Source: Lingula anatina
Taxonomy: Eukaryota; Animalia; Brachiopoda
Assembly: GCA_051362555.1 (NCBI GenBank)
Contig: CM120645.1
Location: 1,054,001 to 1,118,000, forward strand
Direction of reading: 5' to 3'
Length of the DNA: 64,000 nt
Shown here: positions 1-12,387 of the stretch, piece by piece
How the letters are laid out: each line of letters starts with the position of its first letter
How positions within the stretch are numbered: position 1 is the stretch's first letter
Notes under the pieces: model-generated
Seen by the model: the letters and a program-made list of their open reading frames with translations, nothing else
What the model was told of the DNA's origin: nothing
The model's database searches: none
Position numbers and translations under genes: made by a program

Positions 1-301
1 CAATACAGTTTGTATGGTCCAAATGTCAGAAGAGGACGAGGCTGTGGAATGAGTTGTCCAATATTGAGCAATATCTTACGAGAAGATTGTTACCTGGGGG
101 AATTGGGAAATTATTTACTTCGGGTCATTTAAGGGGGTGAAAAGATCCACTTTTTCAGACAAAGAACCCCCGTTTTGAGTGCAGGCCTGAAACTCTTTAA
201 CGTTATTAGCATTAAATCAGTACAGACTTGAACACTTAAAATGATGAACTGATTTTTTGGGACAGTAGAATCTTAAACCCTTTCCCATGGCCCCATTGGA
301 A

Positions 302-473
302 TACGTGGATCGGCCAAACTCTGCGGGGACTCTTGCTGAGTGCAATCAGCTGGCGTGAATTAGAATACAGAAAAGCTGGTGACTATGGACGTTGGATACA
401 AGAAGAGGCGCGTCATTCAGGTTAACTGATTGTACTCAGCAAGAGTCCATGCAGAGTTGGGTCGATAAACGTA
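302..473. mobile_element. MITE-like element with about 50-bp imperfect inverted repeats, TA-flanked
   Basis: gatcggccaaactctgcggggactcttgctgagtgcaatcagctg (308-352) is the imperfect reverse complement of taactgattgtactcagcaagagtccatgcagagttgggtcgat (423-466). Outer ends are tacgt...acgta. Confidence 0.55.
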
Positions 474-3400
474 GACCGATAGTATCTATGTGAATGTGGT
501 CTTGATCTGTAGAGACAATGAAAAAACTCTGTGGGCCCCTTCAGCCCACAACAATCCACCATTTTGTCCCCAGTACCAGTCAATTCCGATAACCCACTCA
601 AAATATTCATCAGGTGGCAAGAACACGCCCATACGATATCGTTAAACACAGTTTAACATTTCATGGTATGGCGTACATTCCTTTCAACGCAGGTGCACCT
701 AAAAATGTCCTCATATTCATTACAGGATAAAATGATATCAAAAATCTACTGTTTCAAAAATAGCTCCTTTAAATTTGCGCTTGGCGTGCCAGCCAGGCTT
801 TTAATAGAAGTCGGGTTGATTTTTTCCTCGAAACTGTCGCAGCGAAGGTTATGAACGGTAGACGCCTTGAATAAGGTCAATCACTCCAAAGCTGTACCCA
901 ACAAGTTTATAAGGAAGTTTTTCGTGGTCCTGCCTGAACCTTCTAACTCGACACGAAACTAAATGGCTCAATTTCGTGTTATTTGAGTAAAATATACCAA
1001 AATTTCCGTATAATGATGAAAGATGCCAGTGATTTGGGTTATTATGTATGTGACTATTGCATAAAAGTAGGCTTATCTTGTCAGCTTAAATCTGATTTCA
1101 TTTTAAACGACAAATGCAAGAAACCACCTGTATGTTTTTTACTGTGTCTGGTGATGAATGACACATAAATAAATTCATAAAAGCAATACCATATCACCCT
1201 AACATCACCCCCACGAAACCTCCCACCTACTCCCCCCCCCCCCCTCGGCGGAAGAATCCTGCCAAAATATGCACTGGGTGTCCGCCCGTCAGCTCCTCTG
1301 TGTGGTCTTAACACCTAGAAGGTGCGAACTGGGCCCGGGGATCCTATTGTCGACACCCTGTGTCATGTTTGCTGACATTAAATGGACGCAGAAAGCGCGG
1401 CCTTTCAGCAAAGTTTGTAACAAAATGCTCAGCGTTGCAATTATCCGGTGTGTGCAGAGCCCCAGTCATGTGTGAGCGGAATTCCACGATGGGTTTCCAG
1501 ATAAGGAGACAGTCTAATAAACTAATCAACTTCTGAATTAAGTCCTTTCTGTGTTTGTCCAACCTGACAATTCCAGGGTCAGATATCGTTGTGTTCATAC
1601 AGCAATGGGCGGATGGGTGTGGCGGGGGATGGGGGGTGTTATAAGGAGGGCGGGGAAGTGGGAGAGGCATGTGTCAATGTCCTCTGATTGACGTGGATGA
1701 TGATAGAGATGGACGGAAGGTGGGAGAGAGTTCAGGTGACTGGACAGAAGCTTTTCTAATTTTATTTTGTCAGCTGATCTGGTTTAGACATTTTAAAATT
1801 GAGATGTCTAAATGCAACCTCATGCAAATCTGGTTGAACGCTCCATTTATTTCTCCAGAAAAATGTCCTCTTTTGTCCTAAACCGTTGGAATTGTTTAAA
1901 TGTCAAATTGTACGCGTTGCTTAAAATGTATGTTGTCTAGCTTTTGTCAAAACATGTTAGGAATTTTCTAAAAATCTAAAAGCATCTAGGTGTTTGGATA
2001 CAAGTGGTACTGTTAAATGCATTCCATCTAGATGTTGAATCCCTTCACATGTAAATTAAGTAACGAGCAGCGAATATCGTTCAATTTTTTTCTTTATGAC
2101 AAATACTTAACTTTTGAAAAATAAGACAACAGCAGCAATTTACAAAATATACAAATAATATATTTACGTCTGAAACAGTTATGAACATAGATTGTAAGTT
2201 ATAACATATTGGCATATACAGAGTTACTCTCCAAACACAAGCCTCGTCCCAAGCTTTCTACACACCCATTGGCAATCAGTGGGAACGAGTCTCTTTTCAG
2301 GATGAAGGGCACAAACAGTTGAAACATAGTATGCACTCATTTGGGTTTGAATTATGGTATGTACATCAGTAATACTTGTATCAATACACAGGTGCCCCTT
2401 GGGACTATAAATATTGGGGAGAAAAATCTACACATATTTACATGACGTTACAAATAATGTACACTGATAATCATTACGTAAACATATTATGACTGTTTGC
2501 TTCTGTACATTTTACGGTAGAAATGAGTTCCATTCGTTACGGTGGGAAATTCTCCAATAAGATAAATATACTTTAAGTTAAATAAATGACACCTGGAACT
2601 TCGAATTATAATCACTATCAAACTTTGTGCATGGAAACAGAAAAATAAAATTCCACCCAACTTGTTTGACGTACAATGGATTGTGAAGCAGTCGGGTAGC
2701 CCCGCAAAGTCTCCATTCCGATACGTAAGCACACTATTGCTCCATTGCCAATGTCATTGTGTCGCGTTTCATTCAAGTAGATATCTATTTGAGAAAAGCA
2801 ACAATTCTAAAGAGCAGTTTTTATGCTCTCTTTCTCCCGTTTGGGAGTTGTGAATCGACCTTGTGATTCGGAAGTCTGCGTGTGTTCTCTTTGCGCAAAT
2901 GGCATCCACTGATCTTTAACGAGCGTCCTTTCAGGCCGGTCACCCGGAGCGAGGGAAGCCTCGAGAAACGCCTGGCACTGGAAGAAAACAGACACCGGGG
3001 CTGGGACGCGCGTTTCATGCCTCACCAATCCCGTGTTACAATCTCGGCTGAATTTGATGGCCGATCGGGTTACCTTGTTTTCACTCCCAGCAGCTAGGGT
3101 GACACCGCTGAGAGAGAGAGGATGGGTGAAGGAATGTGCCGTCACTCTGGGCCACTGCGCGCGCAGCTCCAAATAACAATGGATACAAACAAGACTGCGC
3201 AGTTACAGATATCGGGACGAAGGAGCCTGTTGCTTGTCCGACTGTAGTGTTGTGGAATAGTGTTCGTATCTGTTCCATCCAGTGTCCCCTTCATAACGCA
3301 CGTGTCGTGAACATTCACTGTACACGTTTGGGTCACACAGCGCCATTGTCGCCAAAATTTTAATTTAGTGAATGCTGTCCGGGATTCCGTTTTCTTTTTA

Positions 3401-4036
3401 ATTTTCTCATTGTGGGAGAATGTTTGACTTTTGCTTTAAAATGTCTCAGTATGTAAATGGGGTAAATCAATGCGTTGTCCCAGTTATTTTTGTTTAGTAG
3501 TTTTGCTCCAGAACGTGTGAAAGAGGGGTCCCAATTTGTAACTGTCACGTGGTTACTCCTTCAAGACAACCCTTAGCCGAAGCTCGCTTTCAGCCATAAT
3601 CTGATGTACCGGACAAATGACACGTATCCATTGTTCGTTCAAGAAATTCCTATTTCATATAAGCACAGAAAAGATTAGTACTTGATTGTTCTCTAAACAA
3701 GCCACCGGGAATTGCGCTGTTTGTCTGTGTCCTATACGGTCGACACATTTATTTTGAATGCGGTGTCTTGTCAGATTGTAAGCATATTGAGTGCATCGTG
3801 GTTTTAGGGACATCCCATTAGGCTTTAAAACATCGTAGTTCATGTGAACCATCACTGTTGCGTCTCTTTGGCTGACGCGTGCCATTCTCAATTGTGCTTG
3901 GTCGTTTTCTTCCATAAAGAATTGTGCGGTTGGTCAAATTAAATCAAATCAGCAATTAAAATCTCGGAAATTAACGCAGGGTTGGGAACAGAGAGAGAGA
4001 CAGAGCGAGAGAGAGAGATAAGGTAGGAAATAGCGT

Positions 4037-4519
4037 TCATTTGCACGTGTATTCCTCCGTTCTCTCTCGGCACTCATTGCAAGTGACGTGGCAACACCAA
4101 TGGAAGCGACAGTTGCACTGCCACGTGCGCGTGTACTGGTGTGTGTTGTAGCCTCGGCCACAGCACATTGAGTCACAACCGTCTGTGTCATCTGAAGTCC
4201 TATTGCAGCGTCTCCCCCGCGTCCCCAGTGACCCAGTCAACGGATCATAGTCACAATAATTAGGCGACCTCTGCAGATATACTACATCCGTCCTTTTAGG
4301 TTTACGGTCCGGCTTTTTTGATTTTTTGCACTTGAGAAAAAGAGGCCTCCTAGCACGCCGGCTTCGGATTGGTTCGACCTCCTTTGCTAGTCTGTATTTT
4401 TTCATGAGAAAGTCTCCAATTTTTCTGAAAGGCGGCAGCGTCGTCCAACATGTCTTCATTGTGCAAGATCCGCTGACGCCATGACACTTGCATTCTACGA
4501 CCATGTTCTCTTTGACTGC
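4037..4519 (-). CDS. Wnt7: Wnt7 coding exon 4 (terminal)
   Basis: Acceptor tcttcttttag|GCA. Encodes [32 protein letters not shown]...[42 protein letters not shown]. Contains the Wnt acylation motif [10 protein letters not shown] and Wnt7-type segments ([15 protein letters not shown]). The four exons sum to 1062 nt, giving 353 aa. Confidence 0.97.
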   Translation of the reverse strand, partial: AVKENMVVECKCHGVSGSCTMKTCWTTLPPFRKIGDFLMKKYRLAKEVEPIRSRRARRPLFLKCKKSKKPDRKPKRTDVVYLQRSPNYCDYDPLTGSLGTRGRRCNRTSDDTDGCDSMCCGRGYNTHQYTRTWQCNCRFHWCCHVTCNECRERTEEYTCK

Positions 4520-7500
4520 CTAAAAGAAGAGAAAATGCTTCAGGTGAAAAACTGAATTTCAAATAGGATTCAATTTAAGAAGAAAACTTTGAAACAAATA
4601 GGACAAAAATTAGATTAAAAAATGAACTCGTCCTGGCGCTAAGTAGCACCGTGCCTTCCAACAAAGCTACAGCTAGCATTCAAAAGTTGGTTAAAGAGAT
4701 AATATTCAATATAAATTACTGCGTGTACTGAATTTTGAAAATTAAACATTGCAAACCAATCTTATTACATTACACTAAGCTAGCAGAATCTTGCACTTAT
4801 TAAAGACAAAAATCAAAACAACATGTTTAGTTAAGAAGTCGTCATAATGACAAAGAGACAAACATTTCTTAGGTTACTGTAAAGTGATGGAAAGGGTGAA
4901 AAATCTGTGGTTGAAGATTCCCCCTTAGCTGGTATCATGCAAAAATTAAGTCACTCTGTCACAAGGGACTTGAGTACCTAGGTGGAAGGTACTACGTGAT
5001 CCAGAAGACATTTCTGATGTAAACATCTAGATTATGCCCATTGGAATTATAGAAACACCACTCTGATACGCTAATGGTTGACATTGTTTAGGTTCAGGCA
5101 TCATCATTGTCAATAAAAAGAAGTTCAATTAATGTTAATGTGACTATTAACTACACGAAAGGACAAGGTGAGCCAACACGTGGCGGGGGGATGGAAAAAC
5201 ATCGTTAAGATTCCATGTTAATCATTGATCATGTGATATCGGTTTGAGAAGTTACTTCTGTTCTTTAGGTGTTCATCACAAAATGTGGAAACAAAAAATT
5301 ATAATGGTGTCTTGAGACAAGAAATATGCCAAAACAGAACTGATCGTTTTGTCGGCTGCAAAAAATTCTGTCTGACTCATTTTCCAATTATTTGGGAAAA
5401 ACGGTTACGGATGCAGAAAGGAGAAACATATTGTTGGGGATTATTGTTAGAATGCTCCAGCCGTTTCTTTGAAATTAGAAGTTCAGTCATTTCAAAATGT
5501 GAAATATTTTTGTATATTTAAATGATCTTTTTCGGCAACAGTAACATATTCATGCCTCACCACGTGCCCTTTTTCAGGTAAAAACGAAAAATCAGACGAT
5601 ATCTCTAGCTGGATAAAACTACCAGTTTCATTGCTATTCATAAACAATAAAAAAGATTTAGGAAACAAGTATGAAAAAGTTATGTATTTAAATAAAACAG
5701 GAAGCTCTTTTTGCAGCCATGTGACCTTGGAAAAGGTTACTATATCACGTGCTCGCGTGCCTTTTTTGTTCCCTAGCAACGCGGGCAATTATAACAGTTA
5801 CTGAGTCACGTTGAATTTATTTGTTGATTGTTGCTGCTATTTTTGCACCCCCTCCCTCAATTTAGAGTTTCACGTTATGTCTTTCCCATGCTGTGCATCT
5901 GTATTTCAATTGTGACGGTTTTTTTTCTTATTTTTATTTTCTGTTCCGATTTTTAAACTCTCAGGTAGGGCATACCTAACACACCAGTCACATAACTGGT
6001 TAAATTGCAATCACAAACCCGGACGTATGATTTGCAAAATGTGACTAGATAAATATATTTTTTTTGGGGGGGGAAGCAATCTCCCTCGGGAAACGTGGGG
6101 GATATTTGAAAATGTACACTTGAGGAATGTAAATGTTTAGGTAAACGTCTCAAAGTGCCAAATGAAAAGAAATAGATGCGACTTTATGATGTCATTGTGA
6201 ATGTGCAAGGAAACCGCTTGCCATAACAAACTCGTTAAAAGTGAAGAAAAAAACGCCAAATGGTCCACTGGGCCCAAAAGACACGTAGTCCCGATTTCCT
6301 TTTACAGAACACCGCCTCTAAAACTGGGATAATTATGGAAAAGACTCCATTTTGTGTCACCAAAATAGAAAATAAAAATATGCGAAGAGAAATAACGAAG
6401 TGCTCGGCATGGTGCCTTACACAGAATGCTCCTTGCTGTCTCTTGTATATGTAATGTTTGCAATATCAGAAGCAAGGATTCAGCCTAATTTTGACCAAGA
6501 CATAAACTGGCAAATAAGGGTTTGGGTACACGATGTTAAATTCATATAGGCGGTTTCCTTTCTCTTGCACATTAGAGCCATGCTTCAATAAAATAGATAT
6601 TACTACTTTGGGGATTATTATGACATAAAAACATTTTTGTGGCTTAATTTTTAGACTTTTTGTTCGATTAAAATTGAAAAAGGGGGAGGTGGTGGAGTAA
6701 AAAGAATAACTTGATTTCTGTGTTCATTTTTTCACTCTGCCTTGTTCTTTCCCTCTTTGACCTTCCAAACTCCCTGACAACTAAAGTAAGATTTATACAC
6801 CATGGATTGGGCAGCTTGGTCGAACCTTGATCGTATTGCAGGCAGATTTTAAATGTTTTTGCTGTTTGAAAGAGAATTACAGCACAACTCTCTTGCAAAC
6901 ACGTGTGAGATAAAGCTCCGACAACATCAGCGCCTTTTTCGAAGACATTGCTGCAAAATTACGGTCTAAATTTGATGCAAGCTTTGATCGAGCCGGATCG
7001 GAGCATTGTGTAAACCCTGTTAGATTCCCCCCACAGCGTGCGGTCCAAAAATGACGGATGGCATCTCCACTGTGCCGTCACCCCATACAACTATGAAACA
7101 CAAATCGATCATAAATTCTTTATGGTATAGATTTGCCACGGCGATTTGTTGCCTATCAAATTGACATCTTTTACGGGTTTCATTACAAGGTATTTGGCTG
7201 ACCTTTTCAACTAGCCTGTCTGCTGTCTCCACTACAGATACGTGTCGCCGTACTTTAGCGCTGGTCGAAGACATTATATTGGACAGCGTGCTTGCACGTG
7301 TGTGACTCGCAAACGCATGCCTGCGCAGTTAGTGTGCGTGTTGGCAAATGCGCGTTTCTGCGCTTCTGCGTACCCTTATTCTAGAATTTGTCACATTGGA
7401 GGGTGATATTTTTTGTGAGTTTTTCAGGACTGTGGTGCAAACTTTTCTGCGGTGTTGAAAATTAACCTGTTTCGACGAAAGTAGGCGTTTATCAACAGAT

Positions 7501-8333
7501 ATTCTTGCGAACCAAAATCATCTCGGTGTCATGAATTATCTTTTCATTACTAAAACGGCACAGTAAAGCAAGATATAAAAAGGTATTTCGAACCATATCA
7601 CCAGTGTCAATACATTATGCATTTTAAATTCAACATAATCTCTCAATCTAACAATTTGTTATGCATGACGACCATTCAACCAAAAAAAGACATCCATCTA
7701 AACAAAAATTTCGGTTAACCTAGACTTTACGTAACTTAGTCATAATTGATTTTATCTATTTCGGGGTTTATTATTCTAAATTTGGCATTTACAGTAGCTG
7801 GTCTTAAAAGGGGAACAGGTTTGAAAACAATACCATAAATGGATTATTGAGCTACTTTTTTTGCACTCTGATACAAAGTAGATTAACAATAAATCATGTT
7901 CATATCAGCCAGTGGTGCACTTATTCCAACTTCATATTTCAGACAACATGAAAGGGTGCATTCAAGTTTCCAGTTGTTACATCTGTGTTTCGTTCTCATG
8001 TCTGTGTGCGCCAATATTGTTGTATATATTTATCTAAGTATATTTGAAGAGGTTGGACGTTTTTCTAATATGTATTTTTCACGGGGGGGGATGGAGGGGG
8101 GGGGTGTTAAAACATGGCAACAAGTACGAGGCACCTTCGCACCTGCTTCAAAAGTGCAGTGAACAGCAAAAGGGGAGGACGTGAGATATTATCCACCAGT
8201 TGAGCACTCTCCTTCCTCTTGTCATTGCGCACCTGGTTATGCAGATCGCATGCTGCAGTTTTACGTATCCTACCATCTGATTTATCTGTGCTCCGTGACT
8301 ATTGTACAAATGACGAGAGAGACAGAGGGGCAG

Positions 8334-8363
8334 GAGAGAGAGAGAGAGAGAGAGAGAGCAAGA

Positions 8364-8403
<40 letters not shown>

Positions 8404-8443
8404 AAGAGAGAGAGAGAGAGAGTGAGAGAGAGAGAAAGAGAGA
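8334..8443. repeat. (GA)n microsatellite
   Basis: Direct reading. Confidence 0.95.
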
Positions 8444-8979
8444 GCTTATTTTTCATTACGATCAAGATAGCAGACATAAGGAACTTTATATATTTAGTTC
8501 CCTGCACACTAAGTTACCTCTTCCTCGATATTTCTAAATAAAGATTTGACATCGATTCTAAAACTTCTGTATATGACCAAGTTGATTAATCTGTTGATGC
8601 TTTCAAAAAGTTGCAATAGAATAATGTCACATTTGGATGACATAGTGAAGGGAACACCGTGCGTCGACGAAATGCAAATAAGTATTAATCTGCCTTCAGA
8701 AGCGAAAAAATTAAACAAGAAGGATGCATTATCGGCCCATATTCCTTTTCCATTTTAGAATACCTCTGTTAAAGGAATAACAACTCCTCGTATAAGATCT
8801 GTATTTCACAATAAATACATTTTGTAAACAACTCATAGAAATATAATATATTCTATTTTACTATAAAAACGGCAGTTAAAGCAATTAATCTGAAATCTGT
8901 GCTTGTCATCGGACCATGTGACCTCCATATATGGCTATACTCCGTAATAATTTCAAGAGAGATTATTACAAAAAATCAA

Positions 8980-9015
<36 letters not shown>

Positions 9016-9984
9016 AAGGACTAACATTAAATAGAGAAATGGATTAATTTACCATTGGTAAGTATGGAAAAATTGCGTTCACCCCAAGAAAATTCATTTT
9101 TTGGCCAAAATGAACAGTTGTTATCCCTTTAATAAAATGGGTCTCTTACAATTGCAAGTGTTATAATTTATTGTAAGATTTATTCTTTTTTATCATTGTT
9201 CGCGTGGGCCACGGTAGGAATAGACCAAGTGCTTCAAGTTTAATGAAAAATGCGGAGGAGTGGATGGTGCGTCATAAATGACACAAAGGTCGAATTTTGG
9301 AGAAAAAACGGACAAAAGAAGACTCCAGATAAGAGCCTCAGGGGTTAACCGGGGTCGACCAGGAGGACAGTAGAAGTCTATTATTGTTTTGGCCCAAGGC
9401 CGGTGCAACTCATGACCAGTTCGGTGAGCACTGACCAGTGAAGTGAGACGGGGGGAATCTGCACCAACGTTGACGCTTTTGCTCTCACCTTCAGTGCACT
9501 GGTGTTACGTGTATCAAAACTGCTACACATAGTTACTTAAGCGTGATAGCAAAATATGCCTGAATGAGATTATTAAATTTCTTAAAGTTGGGAGGTTTCA
9601 TGCCCATATGAAGCTGTTAGTGAGTTTCACAGCGTATTTATTATATACATGTATGTGTCCACGGACGGTTACTGTATCCGCTATATGAAAACGATGTTAT
9701 TCTATAGGAATTTCTGCCGTGGAACATTTGGCCGTTTTTTCGGTTACAAATGAAAAGAAGAGGAAATTCAGGAGAAAAAAAAGAGAGACGCATTGAGACA
9801 GGACTTGTTATCAAGAATGATGAACGAAAAGAAGTATTTACATTCCTGTGATTCTGTGTATTTCTGAAACATAATTGTGTCGTCGTTTTCAGATTATTTT
9901 CTTAAGTAAATGATCCGCCATGATCCCAAAGAAGACAGTCTATTTATAGAAGACAGTCTATAAATTGACAGGGTCTATAAACGT

Positions 9985-9987
<3 letters not shown>

Positions 9988-10034
<47 letters not shown>
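9988..10034. repeat. (CA)n microsatellite
   Basis: Direct reading. Confidence 0.95.
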
Positions 10035-10040
<6 letters not shown>

Positions 10041-12174
10041 AACAATATTTCAGAATACATGCACATCACGGTCTGTTTTCAGCTAAACAAGTGACAATTA
10101 CTTCTTTCCCCAGTGGGAGTAAATTTGAATTCTTCCCCTGTTGCTGTATGAATGCCCCATCGAGAGCTGTATATTTATGGCAGTGAAACAGCATCATAAC
10201 CGCACAGGTATTCCTGTCTTTAATAACAGATTATAAAGGTAAAAAAGGGCCGCCCTACAAATGTTGCTAAATATGGTAACAGAACGCATGCTAGCTGCCA
10301 CTTTACAAAAGTCATTTCCTACTGAAATTCAGTCAATGATAATTGCGATTGTGTTCGGCGTTTTATGTTTATAATGAAACGTCTCGCTCGTCCAAGAATG
10401 CCTTTGAAACCCACGCTCAAGATTCATTTCCATTTAGTAAATGCAGCAAAGATCAGCGTAATAAAAAAGATACAAAAAAGAAATGAATGGAAACAATTAC
10501 GGTTTACTGATTTGGCAATAAAGAAGTTGACATACACAAAAAATAGTCATTAAGTTTTTAATGGAATCTTGCTGGAAAGGTCGTCATTGTTTAGGAATAT
10601 GAACGGCCATGTCTGGGCTTAATTCTAGCAGCGGAATCAGTTTCACTGGTTGTGTAACTACGCATGGCAAGACGCTGAAAGAGCCCCGAAACGCTCTGTC
10701 GGTTTTCTATACGGGATCATTTTTTGTCAAATCTTTTGATAATTCCATATCTAGGTCATGTGAAGCACGCACCGACAGTTTGTAGAGTATCGTGGCCACG
10801 AGCTGTGTTAAGTCGCACTAGATATGCCCTGTAAGTTAAGTCGACAATGATATGCTTGAAAAGATGGGAAATCTTAGGGGAAAGTAATAGATATATATTT
10901 CGCAAATAAAATTCTGTTCAGTGCAGGGTGGTCTAACATTGAATCTTTGATAACAATCATCGTATTATGCATCACCATAAACGTCCTCATACAACCAGTG
11001 GGTCCTCTGTTAAAAGGGGATAGTAGGTTTACAAATTTCGTTCTTATGAGGTGCTCATCGAGCCAGCCCTAACAAGATTTGACACTTCAAAGACGCCGCA
11101 CGTCAACAAACGATCGAGGTGTTTTCGTGAAGTTGACAGTCACTCTTTTGCTTGAGAAGGCACTGGAAGCAATGAAAGAGATGCGCCAAATGCAGGGACA
11201 ATATTGCCTGGCGTTGTGCTCTGGTGCTCAAAGTATGACACCAAGACAAGCTCACGGCAGCGAGGACGAACCCTGCGTACTAATAGTAAGATGTAATTGA
11301 CAAGGGTTAATGGAAACATGAAAAGGTCCATGATATTTGCCGTTCATCAACAATTTCTTTTTTATGGTTCTAATTATAACAGAAAAGATAATTTGAATAT
11401 CAAAGAGAAAACCAAGGTAAAAAACGCAGTATACTCGTCAGCAAAACCAGATAGAATTAAAGGAGCACACGTACCACTACGAGTAAAAAGGCGCATCAAC
11501 TTGCCATTCTATTTAAGTATGCCTAGTGGCAATTTGTGTGACAAGTGAAGAAGTGGAAAGTAAAAAGCTCTTTGGAAGCGACATTTTATCCACCCTGTTA
11601 ACTTAGATAACCATCTTGATGTATGGTCCTTATAGTTACACAGATAAGACACGGAAAGAAAATAGGAGAGATTTGTCGCATTTCTGCTGGGAGCGAAAAT
11701 GCTTTGTAAGCAAAACAAATTGTCTCCCGTTTCAATACCTTTAACACTTAAAGCATTTCAGCGCGTTAGAAACGACCGAACCTAGCACGTTATTTTCCAA
11801 TTTATGAAATGCAGCCTATTTACCAAATTGAATTTTAAACGTTTCCATTTTAATTCTATTTCAGTGAATAAGCCAAGAATCGCACGAACGAAATTGTACA
11901 AAAATTGGTTTAAAAAAGGTTTTGCTTTTTTTCGTGTATGAAAATGTAAAATATAGAATGTCATTGCCTCTTCGTGTGTATTCAAGTGGCATAATGTTCC
12001 AAAATGTAGGCTTTTCAGTTTTTTTGTAAGAACATGATTCGATTGAATCGTTAACTACCGAGATCACCAATTATCCTTATACCAAAGTGAACGCTCGAAT
12101 GTGTTAGGGGCTGGATTTGTACACTTTTCGTAGCGTTACTGGTTATTATCTCTTATTTTAAAGGGCAGTTTAAC

Positions 12175-12387
12175 ACCCCATTTCCATAGATTAGATCGAC
12201 CTACTTTAGATCGACCTAACTCCCTGGGGGTTCACGCTAAATAGCTGTCAGCAGGGCGGACACGAAAGTTAATTACCCTCTTACAGCTTGTAGTAGGCGG
12301 GACGGACATTTAAGTCGGATTATCTGAAAGTAATCTAGTGAGACTCCCCGCGGGGATAGATCGATCTAAAATCTATGGGAATAGAGT
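12175..12387. mobile_element. MITE-like element with imperfect terminal inverted repeats
   Basis: Left end accccatttccatagattagatcga; right end tcgatctaaaatctatgggaatagagt. No clean TSD resolved. Confidence 0.5.

Noticed and set aside
8148-8537. SLSLSL and ERERER ORFs
   Set aside because: Translations of a (GA)n microsatellite.
9200-9500. Possible SINE or transposon fragment
   Set aside because: GC-richer island, but I could not identify A/B boxes, TIRs, a TSD or a second copy.
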